Shown here: positions 18,911 to 28,750 of the stretch, one piece after another
How the letters are laid out: every line of letters starts with the position of its first letter
Numbering within the stretch: position 1 is the first letter of the stretch
NCBI GenBank assembly: GCA_035289925.1
Contig: DATDVR010000005.1
Location: 112,916 to 176,915 of the forward strand
DNA from: Candidatus Nanoarchaeia archaeon
GTDB lineage: Archaea; Nanobdellota; Nanobdellia; SCGC-AAA011-G17; DATDVL01
Length of the DNA stretch: 64,000 bases
Direction: 5' to 3'
The notes under the pieces: generated by a model
What the model saw: only the letters and a program-made list of their open reading frames with translations
Database searches by the model: none
Told to the model about the DNA's origin: nothing
Position numbers and translations under genes: made by a program

Positions 18911-19765
18911 ATGGTTACGAAAAAAGTGAATATTGGAGGGCAGGCTTTGATTGAAGGCGTTTTAATAAGAAGCCCAAACTACATTTCTGTTGCTGTAAGG
19001 AAGAAAAACAAGAAGATAAAAAGCAAGATAAAATACGAGCCAGCTTTGTATGTCAAATACAAGAAATTAATTTTCTTACGGGGAATCTTTGCTTTATGGG
19101 AAAACTTGAAACTAGGCATTAAAGAGACATTTTACTCAACAGAAGAAAGCACAGACGAGAAGATAAGCAACAATGAAATAATCTTGACATTTTTAGTTAC
19201 AATACCGTTTGCACTTCTTTTATTTGTAGGTGTTCCATTATTTTTAACTAAATTGATTACAAAAACTTCAGGATACTTTGACATTATAGATGGTATATTC
19301 AGAATTGCAATATTTTTAGGCTATATCTGGATAATTTCAAAAATGAAAGACATTAGAAGAGTTTTTCAGTATCATGGTGCAGAGCATATGGCTATTGCAT
19401 GCTATGAGAATGGGAAAGAACTGACTATCAAAAATATCAGGAAGTTTCCTAAAGAACATGAGAGATGCGGAACTGCATTCTTGTTCATAGTGCTGTTAAT
19501 TTCAATATTCTTTTTCAGCTTCATCAAAAGCCCAGTTTTATGGGAGAAGTTTGTCTTAAGGATTTTATTGATACCTATAATTGCAGGAGTTTCTTATGAA
19601 ATATTAAAATTAAGCTCAAAATACAAGAATTTTTTCCTTTCAAGATGGTTCATCAAGCCAGGATTATGGCTGCAATACATAACAACTAGAAAGCCTTCCA
19701 ATGAGATGATAGAAGTTGCAAAGACTGCTGTTGAAAATGCAGTGAAAAAAGAAAAAGCCTTATAA
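18911..19765 (+). CDS. DUF1385-family membrane-associated metal-dependent protein
   Basis: Signatures IGGQALIEGVLIRS and YHGAEHMAI plus C-terminal TM helices. Confidence 0.7.
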   Translation: MVTKKVNIGGQALIEGVLIRSPNYISVAVRKKNKKIKSKIKYEPALYVKYKKLIFLRGIFALWENLKLGIKETFYSTEESTDEKISNNEIILTFLVTIPFALLLFVGVPLFLTKLITKTSGYFDIIDGIFRIAIFLGYIWIISKMKDIRRVFQYHGAEHMAIACYENGKELTIKNIRKFPKEHERCGTAFLFIVLLISIFFFSFIKSPVLWEKFVLRILLIPIIAGVSYEILKLSSKYKNFFLSRWFIKPGLWLQYITTRKPSNEMIEVAKTAVENAVKKEKAL

Positions 19766-19787
19766 TAGCTAATTTATTCTAAAGATT

Positions 19788-21557
19788 ATGCCAAAATCTA
19801 AGATAGCAGTTATTGTAGAAAAGGAAAAATGCTTCCCAAACAGATGCGGACATGAATGCATAAAGTATGATCCTATCAATAGAAGTGGTGGAGAAGGATT
19901 CCATATAGGAAGCGCTGGCAAATCAGAGATAGATGAAGCCATAGTAAATGAGATGCATAAGATATGCGCCAACAAATGCCCTTTTCAAGCGATTCACATT
20001 GTAAAATTACCGGATAAGCTAGATGAAGAACCAATCCATAGATATGGTAAAAATTCTTTTGAGCTTTTTAGATTACCAATAATTAAAGAAGACAATATTG
20101 TAGGCATAATAGGAAGAAATGGAATTGGCAAATCAACAGCTTTAAACATTTTATCAGGAAACTTGATGCCAAACTTGGGAAGACTAACAAAAAAACCTGA
20201 CGAGCGGGAAATAATTGACAAGTATTCAAAATCATACCTAGGCGAATATTTCAAGAAGTTATTTGCTAAAAAAATTAAAGTATCTTACAAGCCGCAGAGA
20301 ATTGAATTATTACCAGATTTCTACAAAGGAACTGTAAAACAATTAATAAAAAAAGTTGATGAGAAAGGAATTGGGGATGAACTTCTAAAAGAACTGCAAT
20401 TAGACGAGCAAAAAGAAATTTCAAAACTATCAGGTGGAGAACTGCAAAAGGCTGCAATAATTGCATGCTTGGCAAGAAAATCAGATGTGATGTTTATAGA
20501 CGAGCCAGCTTCATTTTTGGACATAACTTCTAGAATTAAAGTTGCAAAATTAATAAAAGAGCATTCAAAAGGAAGCTCTGTCATGGTTGTTGAGCATGAC
20601 CTTGCTACATTAGATTATATTTCAGATGAAATTCAGGTTTTATATGGAGAGCCAGCATGCTACGGAGTTTTATCAGGTTCTAAGGGAGTAAGCAGGGGCA
20701 TCAACGAATATCTTGATGGATACTTACCAGATGACAATGTAAGATTTAGAGATTACAAAATTACTTTTGCAAAGAACTTAGTGATATTTCAAAAACCAGA
20801 GCCTTGGTTTTCCTATCCAAGCTTTACAAAAACTTTTCCTGGATTTAAATTGAAAGTGAATGATGGAATTTTGAACAAAGGACAAGTATTAACAATAATG
20901 GGAGCGAACGGTTTGGGAAAAACAACTTTCATGAAGATACTTGCAGGATTAGAAAAAGCAGATGATGAAGAAATTGAAAATGCATCTATATCTTACAAAC
21001 CACAATATATCAAAGCTGAAGATGCAACAGTAGAAGAATTTTTGAAAGAGAAAGCTAAAAAAATCTACAATTCTGGATGGTACAAATCAAACATACTTGA
21101 AAAATTAAATATAAAAGTGCTTCTAGAAAACAATTTAAAATATTTATCTGGTGGAGAATTGCAGAAAGTTTACATTGCAAGCTGTCTAAGCGAAGATGCA
21201 AAAATATTAGCTTTAGATGAACCTTCTGCATTCATAGATGTTGAGGACAGGTTGAAAGTGGCCGAAGTAATAAGAGAATTTACACAGAAAAAAGAAGTTG
21301 CTACAACTGTAATTGACCATGACGTGCAGTTTGTAGACTATTTAGGAGATGCAATGCTTGTATTTGAAGGAGTTCCTGGAAAAGAGGGTCATGTTTTTGG
21401 GCCATTATCTAAAGAAGAAGGAATGAACAGGGTTTTGAAAATGCTTAACATAACTTATAGATTAGATAAAGAGACTAAAAGGCCAAGAATCAACAAGCCT
21501 GATTCTCAATTAGACAAATTGCAAAGAAGCAAGGGAAAATATTATTCTTTGGTATAA
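19788..21557 (+). CDS. abcE1: ABCE1 / RNase L inhibitor-like ribosome-recycling ATPase
   Basis: N-terminal Fe-S domain (CFPNRCGHEC…CANKCPF) followed by two ABC cassettes, each with Walker A (GRNGIGKST, GANGLGKTT) and signature LSGGELQ. Confidence 0.9.
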   Translation: MPKSKIAVIVEKEKCFPNRCGHECIKYDPINRSGGEGFHIGSAGKSEIDEAIVNEMHKICANKCPFQAIHIVKLPDKLDEEPIHRYGKNSFELFRLPIIKEDNIVGIIGRNGIGKSTALNILSGNLMPNLGRLTKKPDEREIIDKYSKSYLGEYFKKLFAKKIKVSYKPQRIELLPDFYKGTVKQLIKKVDEKGIGDELLKELQLDEQKEISKLSGGELQKAAIIACLARKSDVMFIDEPASFLDITSRIKVAKLIKEHSKGSSVMVVEHDLATLDYISDEIQVLYGEPACYGVLSGSKGVSRGINEYLDGYLPDDNVRFRDYKITFAKNLVIFQKPEPWFSYPSFTKTFPGFKLKVNDGILNKGQVLTIMGANGLGKTTFMKILAGLEKADDEEIENASISYKPQYIKAEDATVEEFLKEKAKKIYNSGWYKSNILEKLNIKVLLENNLKYLSGGELQKVYIASCLSEDAKILALDEPSAFIDVEDRLKVAEVIREFTQKKEVATTVIDHDVQFVDYLGDAMLVFEGVPGKEGHVFGPLSKEEGMNRVLKMLNITYRLDKETKRPRINKPDSQLDKLQRSKGKYYSLV

Positions 21558-21614
21558 TATTTCTAAATATTAGTTTGAAGTTCAATAATGTTTATATATC
21601 AATTGAGCTTAAAG

Positions 21615-21663
21615 GCACTAGATGTTGTGTAATAAAGAGGTGAAGACCACAACCTGTTGTGGT
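21615..21663 (+). promoter_or_regulatory. two tandem NrdR-box-like palindromes upstream of nrdR-nrdJ
   Basis: gCACTAgATgTTGTGt (21615..21630) matches the NrdR-box consensus acaCwAtATaTwGtgt at about 13/16. ACCACAACctgTTGTGGT (21646..21663) is an 8-bp inverted repeat. Their centres are about 32 bp apart, as is typical for tandem NrdR boxes. Confidence 0.4.
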
Positions 21664-21671
21664 GTTATAAG

Positions 21672-22124
21672 ATGAAATGTCCTTCTTGTTCTAGTCTGCA
21701 AAGTAAAGTTGTTGATAAAAGAAACGGTGAAAGCTCTATAAGAAGAAGGAGAGAATGCCTAAACTGCAATGAAAGATTTACAACTCATGAGAAATACGAG
21801 GCTCAAGATATGATAGTCGTAAAGAAAGATGGTAGGAAAGAGCCTTTCAGCAAGGAAAAAGTGACTAACGGAATTCTAAAAGCTTTTGAAAAAAAGCCAA
21901 TAAATTTGAGCGTTGTCGAAAGGATAGTTGAAAACATAGATTCTAAGCTAAGAAAAATGGGAAGCAATGAGATAAAAAGCAGCTTGATTGGGGAATTAGT
22001 TGCAGAAAAGCTTAGAGAATTCGACAAGATAGCTTACATCAGATTCGCTTCAGTATACAAAGGTTTCAAAGACATTACACTAATGGAGCAAGAAATAAGA
22101 AAAATAAACAAGGGAGAGATATAA
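21672..22124 (+). CDS. nrdR: transcriptional repressor NrdR (zinc ribbon + ATP-cone)
   Basis: MKCPSCSS…ECLNCNERFTTHE zinc ribbon followed by ATP-cone (VVKKDGRKEPFSKEKV…). The start is taken at the internal ATG of ORF 21657..22124. Ends 2 nt before nrdJ. Confidence 0.85.
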   Translation: MKCPSCSSLQSKVVDKRNGESSIRRRRECLNCNERFTTHEKYEAQDMIVVKKDGRKEPFSKEKVTNGILKAFEKKPINLSVVERIVENIDSKLRKMGSNEIKSSLIGELVAEKLREFDKIAYIRFASVYKGFKDITLMEQEIRKINKGEI

Positions 22125-22125
22125 A

Positions 22126-24702
22126 ATGATGGCAAAACAAGTTATGGAAATGGGACAAGTAAAGAAAAGGGACGGAAGTCTAGTTGAATTCAACAAAGAA
22201 AAAATTGAAAATGCAATATTTTCAGCAGCAAAATCTGTTGGAGGAAAAGACAAAAAAATAGCAACAAATCTAGCCAATCTAGTAATTGAAGAATTAAAAA
22301 AGAATTTTGGCAATAATGTTCCTACAGTTGAAGACGTGCAAGATGCAGTTGAAAAAGTTTTAATTGAGGAAGGACACGCCAAAACTGCAAAGCATTACAT
22401 CCTTTACAGGCAGAAAAGAAATGAAGTTAGAAGAGAGAAAGCAGTAGTATTAGAAAAAGATGGCTTGGATGAAGTTGACAAAAGATTTGACGTTAATGCA
22501 TTGAGAGTTTTAAAAGCAAGATACTTGAGAAAGTCTGAAGATGGAAAATTGATAGAGACTCCTAAACAATTGTGGACAAGGGTATGCGTTCATGGAGCTT
22601 TACCAGAATTGATATATGACACAAGAATATTTGACATGAACAAAAAGCAGAAGTCGCACAAAGCAGAAGATTTTAATCCAAAAGAGCATGAAGATAATGT
22701 TTCAATTGGCAAATACAAGCTAAACCAGCATCATCTTCAAGCATTAAAGCGGATGTATGACAGGGCTGACCAAAGCTGGAATGCAATGAAAGTTTCTTGG
22801 ACTGAATTTTTTGGAATGCTCAAGAAAGGAGAGCTTAACAATCATGAAAAGACAATAAATAATTTTTATAAAATAATGACTGAAAAGCAGTTTGTGCCAA
22901 ACACGCCCGCAATTGCAAACTTTGGGGCTGTATTAGGGATGGGAAGCGCATGCTTTGTGATGGATGTAGAAGACTCAATTGAAGGCATAATGCAGACTTT
23001 GAAAGATGCATCAATTGTTTTCAAATCTGGAGGAGGCATTGGCTATAACTTCTCGAAATTAAGAAATGAAGGTGATTTTGTCACGACAACATGCGGAGTA
23101 GCATCAGGTCCAATAATATTCATGACATTATTTGACAAGATGACTGATGTAATAAAGCAAGGCGGAATCAGAAGAGGGGCAAATATGGGGATATTAAACA
23201 GCAACCACCCTGATATTGAAAAATTCATAACAGCAAAAGCTGGAAACAAAGCTTTGAAGAATTTCAACATCTCAGTTTTGATAATGCCTGACTTCTGGGA
23301 ACATTATGAAAAAGGAACTCCTTATCCTTTAAGAAACCCAAGGACTGGAGAAGTTGTAAGGACTATAGATCCAAAGCAATTGTTTGACAGCATTGTCTAC
23401 CAAGCATGGGAATCTGCAGAGCCTGGTGTAATTTTCTACGACAAAGTAAACGAGACAAACCCTTTCTTTGAAAGCCTAGGTCCAATAGTAACAACAAATC
23501 CTTGCGGAGAAGTCCTACTTTATCCAAATGAAAGCTGCAACTTAGGAAGCGTAAACCTATGGAGCTTTGCAAAGCAGAACGAGGATGGAGAAACATACTT
23601 TGACTGGGAAGGATTGAAAGAAACAGTATATTCTGGATGCAGGTTTTTAGACAACATAATCGATGTAAACAAGTTCCCATTGAAAGCAATTGAAGACATG
23701 ACCTTGGCAACAAGAAAAATTGGATTTGGGGTGATGGGATTGGGAGATGTAATGTACGAGCTAAAAATTGCATACAACTCTGATGAAGGAAGGAAGTTCA
23801 TGGAAAAAATAATGCAGTTCATAAACTACCACTCTAAATTAATTTCTATAGAACTTGCAAAAGAAAAAGGACCATTGCCATACTATGGCAAAAGCTTCTA
23901 TCCAAAAGGAAGAATGCCATTTACTGGCTTCAACGACAAGAAGTCATGGGACTTTGACTGGGATGAAATTGTAAGGCAAGTCAAGAAGCACGGAATTAGA
24001 AATGGGTACACCACAATAATAGCCCCAACAGGAAGCATCTCAATGATTGCGGGAACATCTTCTGGAATTGAACCTGTTTACAGTCTGATATTTGAGAAGA
24101 ACGTAAAGGTAGGAAGCTTCTATTATGTAGATCCAGTCTTTGAAAGAGTAATGAAAGAAGAAGGACTGTATGATGAAAAACTTATGAATGATGTCTGCGA
24201 AAACAGGGGAAGTATTCAAAACATTCCTTATATTCCAGACAGATTGAAGAAAATCTTTATAACAGCAATGGATACTATACCTGAAGACCATATCTATGCG
24301 TTGGCAACATTCCAGAAATGGGTTGACTCAAGCATATCAAAGACGAATAACTTTCCAGCAAATGCAACTGTCGAGTACATGAAAGAAAGCTATTTACTAG
24401 CTTACAAGCTTGGGTGCAAAGACGTAACCGTGTTCAGAGACTCTTCAATACAAGATCAGGTATTGGTTGCTCCTAAAAAAGCAGACGGAAGCAAAGGAAA
24501 AGAAGAAAAAAGACTTGGAGAAACTGCACAAATTAATGCAATAAAAACAAGTTTAGTAGAACCAGCTGATCTATCTGGGGCAATATCAAGAGTAGCAGGA
24601 AAATATGAAGGATTGACTTCTTGCCCTGAGTGTGGAACAAAAACAGCTGTAATTGAAGGTTGTGTCACATGCAAGAGCTGCGGCTGGGGACTCTGCAAGT
24701 AG
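22126..24702 (+). CDS. nrdJ: class II (adenosylcobalamin-dependent) ribonucleotide reductase with N-terminal ATP-cone and C-terminal zinc ribbon
   Basis: ATP-cone VKKRDGSLVEFNKEKI; catalytic blocks NPCGEVLL, ESCNLGS; C-terminal CPECG…CVTCKSCG. Confidence 0.9.
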   Translation: MMAKQVMEMGQVKKRDGSLVEFNKEKIENAIFSAAKSVGGKDKKIATNLANLVIEELKKNFGNNVPTVEDVQDAVEKVLIEEGHAKTAKHYILYRQKRNEVRREKAVVLEKDGLDEVDKRFDVNALRVLKARYLRKSEDGKLIETPKQLWTRVCVHGALPELIYDTRIFDMNKKQKSHKAEDFNPKEHEDNVSIGKYKLNQHHLQALKRMYDRADQSWNAMKVSWTEFFGMLKKGELNNHEKTINNFYKIMTEKQFVPNTPAIANFGAVLGMGSACFVMDVEDSIEGIMQTLKDASIVFKSGGGIGYNFSKLRNEGDFVTTTCGVASGPIIFMTLFDKMTDVIKQGGIRRGANMGILNSNHPDIEKFITAKAGNKALKNFNISVLIMPDFWEHYEKGTPYPLRNPRTGEVVRTIDPKQLFDSIVYQAWESAEPGVIFYDKVNETNPFFESLGPIVTTNPCGEVLLYPNESCNLGSVNLWSFAKQNEDGETYFDWEGLKETVYSGCRFLDNIIDVNKFPLKAIEDMTLATRKIGFGVMGLGDVMYELKIAYNSDEGRKFMEKIMQFINYHSKLISIELAKEKGPLPYYGKSFYPKGRMPFTGFNDKKSWDFDWDEIVRQVKKHGIRNGYTTIIAPTGSISMIAGTSSGIEPVYSLIFEKNVKVGSFYYVDPVFERVMKEEGLYDEKLMNDVCENRGSIQNIPYIPDRLKKIFITAMDTIPEDHIYALATFQKWVDSSISKTNNFPANATVEYMKESYLLAYKLGCKDVTVFRDSSIQDQVLVAPKKADGSKGKEEKRLGETAQINAIKTSLVEPADLSGAISRVAGKYEGLTSCPECGTKTAVIEGCVTCKSCGWGLCK

Positions 24703-24740
24703 CCAAAACATTTTTATTTTTCATTTTTATTAGGGGAAGA

Positions 24741-25334
24741 ATGAACATAGGATTAGTGCAAGTTTATACTGGCGACGGAAAAGGAAAGACAACTACTTCA
24801 TTAGGCACTGCTTTAAGGGCAGTTGGATATAATATGTCAGTTTACATGATTCAATTTCTTAAATCTGGAGATACTGGAGAACTTTTTTCAATAAGGAAAT
24901 ATTTGCCCAACATGAAGATAATACAGTTTGGCATGGAAGCTTTGAAAGAAAAACAGATGAAAATTTATGAACATGTAAAAGAAAAAGTCAACGACAAGGA
25001 GCCAAGCGAAGATGAAATCTATAGGTTCTTGCCTGATGAGCAGGAAAGAGAAGCTTGCAGAAGAGGATTGGAGCATGCAAAGACAATAATAAGCTCTGGA
25101 AGATATGACATAGTCATCATGGATGAAATTAACTGCGTATTGCAGAAGAAATTGATTGACATCAATGAAGTCTTGGAATTAATAAAAAACAAGCCAGAGA
25201 AGACAGAATTGATTCTGACAGGAAGAGGAGCTCCTAAAGAATTGATTGATGTTGCTGATCTGGTAACTGAAATGAAAAGAGTAAGGCATCCTTTTGACAA
25301 AGGAATTTTAGCAAGAAAAGGAATAGAATATTAG
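24741..25334 (+). CDS. cobA: cob(I)alamin/corrinoid adenosyltransferase (CobA/BtuR type)
   Basis: GLVQVYTGDGKGKTTTSLGTALRAVGYNMSVYMIQFLKSG is the CobA P-loop signature. The start is moved to the internal ATG at 24741 of ORF 24660..25334. Confidence 0.8.
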   Translation: MNIGLVQVYTGDGKGKTTTSLGTALRAVGYNMSVYMIQFLKSGDTGELFSIRKYLPNMKIIQFGMEALKEKQMKIYEHVKEKVNDKEPSEDEIYRFLPDEQEREACRRGLEHAKTIISSGRYDIVIMDEINCVLQKKLIDINEVLELIKNKPEKTELILTGRGAPKELIDVADLVTEMKRVRHPFDKGILARKGIEY

Positions 25335-25642
25335 ATTTTATCCAATATCCATGTTTTTATAGAATCTTCAGATCTTTTTCCCATCAATCTGTCAACTTCT
25401 TGACCTTTCTGTATCAAAAGCATCTGCGGGACTCCAAGAATTCCAAATTCTGAAGAAATTTTTGGGCATTTTTCAACATCAACCTCAACAAACTTGACCT
25501 TTGAATTGAAAACCTTTGAAATCTTCTCCAAAACAGGAGCAAGTTCCTTGCATGGCTGGCATGTCTGAGAAAAAAACTTTGCCAGAACCATGTCATTTTT
25601 GTTAACTAAACTTCTAAATTCAGTCTCTGTAACCTCTTTCAT
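25331..25642 (-). CDS. trx: thioredoxin
   Basis: CQPC active site in a thioredoxin-fold context (…FSQTCQPCKELAPVLEK…). Confidence 0.8.
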   Translation of the reverse strand: MKEVTETEFRSLVNKNDMVLAKFFSQTCQPCKELAPVLEKISKVFNSKVKFVEVDVEKCPKISSEFGILGVPQMLLIQKGQEVDRLMGKRSEDSIKTWILDKI

Positions 25643-25757
25643 CTAAATTCCTCCTTTATTACTGTAATTTTTTCTGAGCCCAACAATTTTTCAAGTAAAT
25701 TTTGTTTATAAACAATGTTGTGACAGAATATATACTAGAAAAAATATTAATTAGGTA

Positions 25758-26984
25758 TTATATTTTATATGATTTGAAATATTTTGCCAATTTTGGTCCT
25801 CTTTGCAGATTATATCTTTGATTTTTAATTTCATCTACCTTATCTTCAGGAACTTCCCCATAAATGTAGCTAGGGATTTCTGCCATAAGATCAAATACTA
25901 CCCTCCCAATTGATTCTCTGTGCTTAAAGGTCCTTGGCTCTTGTGCCAATAATTCAAAAGTAACTTGTGATCCCTTGCTAAGTTCTTCTAATTCAACCAA
26001 TTTATTGTCTGCCTTTCTCCTAAAATAAGCAGTTCCAAAACCAGGATCACAAAAACCTGCATAATGACTTCGATATTCTCCGTAAGAAGGATCACTTACT
26101 GCAACTGTGCAAGACAAATAAGGGTGCACTTTTATACATTCAAAGCTTGAAAGAATATAAAAGTAACCTTTTTCTATGGATATCTTACCCTTCTTAGATG
26201 CAAATATTGGGGTCCAAAATTCGTTCCAGTCTAATCTCTCTTCTTCTGGTTTTCTACCATTATACATTTCAATTTTGCCCTTAACTTTCTTCTTAGATCT
26301 CCAAGCAACTATGTTGTTTTCATCACCATACTTACAATCTATACTTAATACAATCCCCGCCCTGTTAGTCCCAAACTTGTCAATTTTTATTTTATTATTT
26401 TCAACAGGTATCCCATCAGGGTAATATAATAATGGATTTCCATAATGGACTGTCCTTAGTGCAGTTTCTGTTAAATCTGTATCACCTCTAAAAAACTTTA
26501 ACTGATTTAATGAATCCCCCATCTTGATAGATCCAGTAAATATTTTAGGGGAAATTAGTAAATATAAATCTCCATTATAACCTTCAGGAACAACATCGTA
26601 TCTTGGTTCATTTTCTTCTGTCAATAATCTAACGTGTTTTCCTGACCTGCCAGTTGTACTCTTTGGATTTGAATAAGCTTCAATTTCCTGTGACAAGGCT
26701 AAACTTTCTTTTAATTTCGCAAGCCAGTGAAAGTTTAAATTTGATAAATCAATTCTCTCTTCTAAATTAATTTTATCCCTGCTGTTTCTGATCAGCTCCT
26801 CAACAGAATCTTTAGAGACTCTCTTACCAATTAAATATAAATCTCTATCTAAGTAAAGGTCTAAGCTTGCTGGCTGAATCTTACTGTCGCTTACCCCATT
26901 TGGATCATTAATTATCCCCTGACTAATAAGTCTGCTAATCTCTTGACATGGAAGAACCCCTTGTGTAAGCATTTTCAACCCCAA
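25758..26984 (-). CDS. dCTP deaminase-like protein, long form (DCD/dUTPase-fold family)
   Basis: N-terminus MLTQGVLPCQEI…IQPASLDLYL resembles the dCTP deaminase/dUTPase family, with a roughly 250-aa extension. Sits in a nucleotide-metabolism cluster. Confidence 0.45.
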   Translation of the reverse strand: MGLKMLTQGVLPCQEISRLISQGIINDPNGVSDSKIQPASLDLYLDRDLYLIGKRVSKDSVEELIRNSRDKINLEERIDLSNLNFHWLAKLKESLALSQEIEAYSNPKSTTGRSGKHVRLLTEENEPRYDVVPEGYNGDLYLLISPKIFTGSIKMGDSLNQLKFFRGDTDLTETALRTVHYGNPLLYYPDGIPVENNKIKIDKFGTNRAGIVLSIDCKYGDENNIVAWRSKKKVKGKIEMYNGRKPEEERLDWNEFWTPIFASKKGKISIEKGYFYILSSFECIKVHPYLSCTVAVSDPSYGEYRSHYAGFCDPGFGTAYFRRKADNKLVELEELSKGSQVTFELLAQEPRTFKHRESIGRVVFDLMAEIPSYIYGEVPEDKVDEIKNQRYNLQRGPKLAKYFKSYKI

Positions 26985-27031
26985 AAATGTTTAGACTTCA
27001 AAGTGATATATAAATTCTCCTATACTGCAAC

Positions 27032-28702
27032 TTACATTTCTTCCAAAGATTCAATGCCCAATAGTCCCAAACCGGTGACTAAGATATTTTTTACAGCTTT
27101 GATTAATAAAATTCTAGAATTTCTTAAAGATTCTTCCTGATTGAGAATTTGCGTTGACTGGTAATAAGAATTAAATAATTTAGACAATTCTAATAATAAT
27201 CTTGCAATCAAGTATGGCTTTAATTTTTCTCCTGATTCTTTAACAACAGAAGGAAAATCTGAAATCAATTTTGCAATCTGGAATTCTTCCTGTGTTTTTA
27301 ACAAGCTTAAGTCTGCTTTCTTGATGTCTTTGCCTAATTTTTTCAAAATAGAATTTATTCTTGCTATAGTATATTGAACATAGGGACCAGTTTCTCCTTC
27401 AAATGAAATAGACTCTTCAGGATTAAAATGAATGTCTGAAACTGTATCGGATTTCAGAAGATAAAACTTCAAAGCAGCCATACCTATAATCTTAGAACGT
27501 TCTTCAATTTCTTTTTTAGGTAATTTTTGATATCTTTTTGTTATTTCCTTTTTTGCTAAAGACTCAATCTCTGATAAGATGTCATCAGCATCAACAACAG
27601 TTCCTTCTCTTGACTTCATTTTTCCTGAAGGAAGGTAAACCAATCCATAATGAATAGGATAACAGCTCTTTGCAAAAGGTAATTTCATCAACTCAAATAT
27701 TTTTAAAAGTACCTTAAAATGATGGATTTGTTCTGAACCTACAACATAAACAGACTTGTCCATTTTGAAGTCCTTGTATTTTTGCATTGCAAGATATAAA
27801 TCCTGAGTTATGTAAATTGAAGTACCATCTGCCCTTATAAGAACTTTTTTTCCTAGATTGTAAGGCTCTAAATCAATAATAGTTGAACCATCATCATCAA
27901 CTTTAAACAAACCTTTCTTGACATATTCTTGTATAATGTTCTTTGCCTTGTCATAAAAATCAGACTCGTTGTAAACCTTGTCAAATTCCAAATTAAATTT
28001 CTTGTAGGTTTCCTTGAAGCCATTCAAAGCCCATGAGTTCATCTTTTTCCACAAAGCAACTGTAGATTTATCACCAGATTCCCACAATCTTAACATTTCC
28101 TGCGCTTTGTCTTCAAGAGACTTGTCTTTTTCAGCCCACTTGCTGAATAAAACATAAAAATCACCTACAAAGTGATCTGACTTCTTATTAGGTTTTTTAT
28201 TTTTTCCAAAAAGCTTGTAGGCAAGCATTGATTTGCAGATGTGAATTCCTCTATCGTTGTTCAAGTTTACTTTTACTACTTTGTTGCCTAAAAATTCTAA
28301 TATTCTTGAGATTGAAATTCCTAAAGCAATATTTCTTGCATGACCCAAATGCAATGGCTTGTTTGTGTTTGGAGATGGAAATTCAACAAGAATCTTTTTT
28401 CCCTGCTTCTCTTTTCCAAAATCCTTTTCCAACGACTTTGGGATTATGGTTTCTATAAATGAAGATTTCTTCAGGAAAAAATTAATGTAAGGGCCTTTAA
28501 CTTCTACTTTTTCTATGAAATTTGCAGAAAACTTCTTGCTTAACTGCTTGGCAATTTCTACAGGATTAGTCTTAAGCTCTTTAGCCAATGAAAAACATGG
28601 CAAAGCAAAGTCTCCAAGCTCTTGCGAAGGAGGTATTTCTAAGTTAAAATCAGACTTTACCTCTTTTTTTATAAGCTTAATCAACTGCTCTTTAAAGTCC
28701 AT
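27032..28702 (-). CDS. argS: arginyl-tRNA synthetase
   Basis: Class I HIGH-type PLHLGHARN, ArgRS core, GKMKSREG, DALR-like C-terminus. Confidence 0.9.
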   Translation of the reverse strand: MDFKEQLIKLIKKEVKSDFNLEIPPSQELGDFALPCFSLAKELKTNPVEIAKQLSKKFSANFIEKVEVKGPYINFFLKKSSFIETIIPKSLEKDFGKEKQGKKILVEFPSPNTNKPLHLGHARNIALGISISRILEFLGNKVVKVNLNNDRGIHICKSMLAYKLFGKNKKPNKKSDHFVGDFYVLFSKWAEKDKSLEDKAQEMLRLWESGDKSTVALWKKMNSWALNGFKETYKKFNLEFDKVYNESDFYDKAKNIIQEYVKKGLFKVDDDGSTIIDLEPYNLGKKVLIRADGTSIYITQDLYLAMQKYKDFKMDKSVYVVGSEQIHHFKVLLKIFELMKLPFAKSCYPIHYGLVYLPSGKMKSREGTVVDADDILSEIESLAKKEITKRYQKLPKKEIEERSKIIGMAALKFYLLKSDTVSDIHFNPEESISFEGETGPYVQYTIARINSILKKLGKDIKKADLSLLKTQEEFQIAKLISDFPSVVKESGEKLKPYLIARLLLELSKLFNSYYQSTQILNQEESLRNSRILLIKAVKNILVTGLGLLGIESLEEM

Positions 28703-28750
28703 AGATTAGAAAGCGCAGAAGGAATATTTAAAGGTTATTAAAAAGAAAAA

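Noticed and set aside
19994-20584. Minus-strand ORFs 19994..20254, 20275..20475, 20321..20584 inside abcE1
   Set aside because: They are antisense to a highly conserved ABCE1 gene; spurious.
22080-24698. Minus-strand ORFs inside nrdJ (22080..22382, 23043..23270, 23363..23822, 24040..24291, 24456..24698)
   Set aside because: They are antisense to a well-supported RNR gene; none has a recognisable domain.
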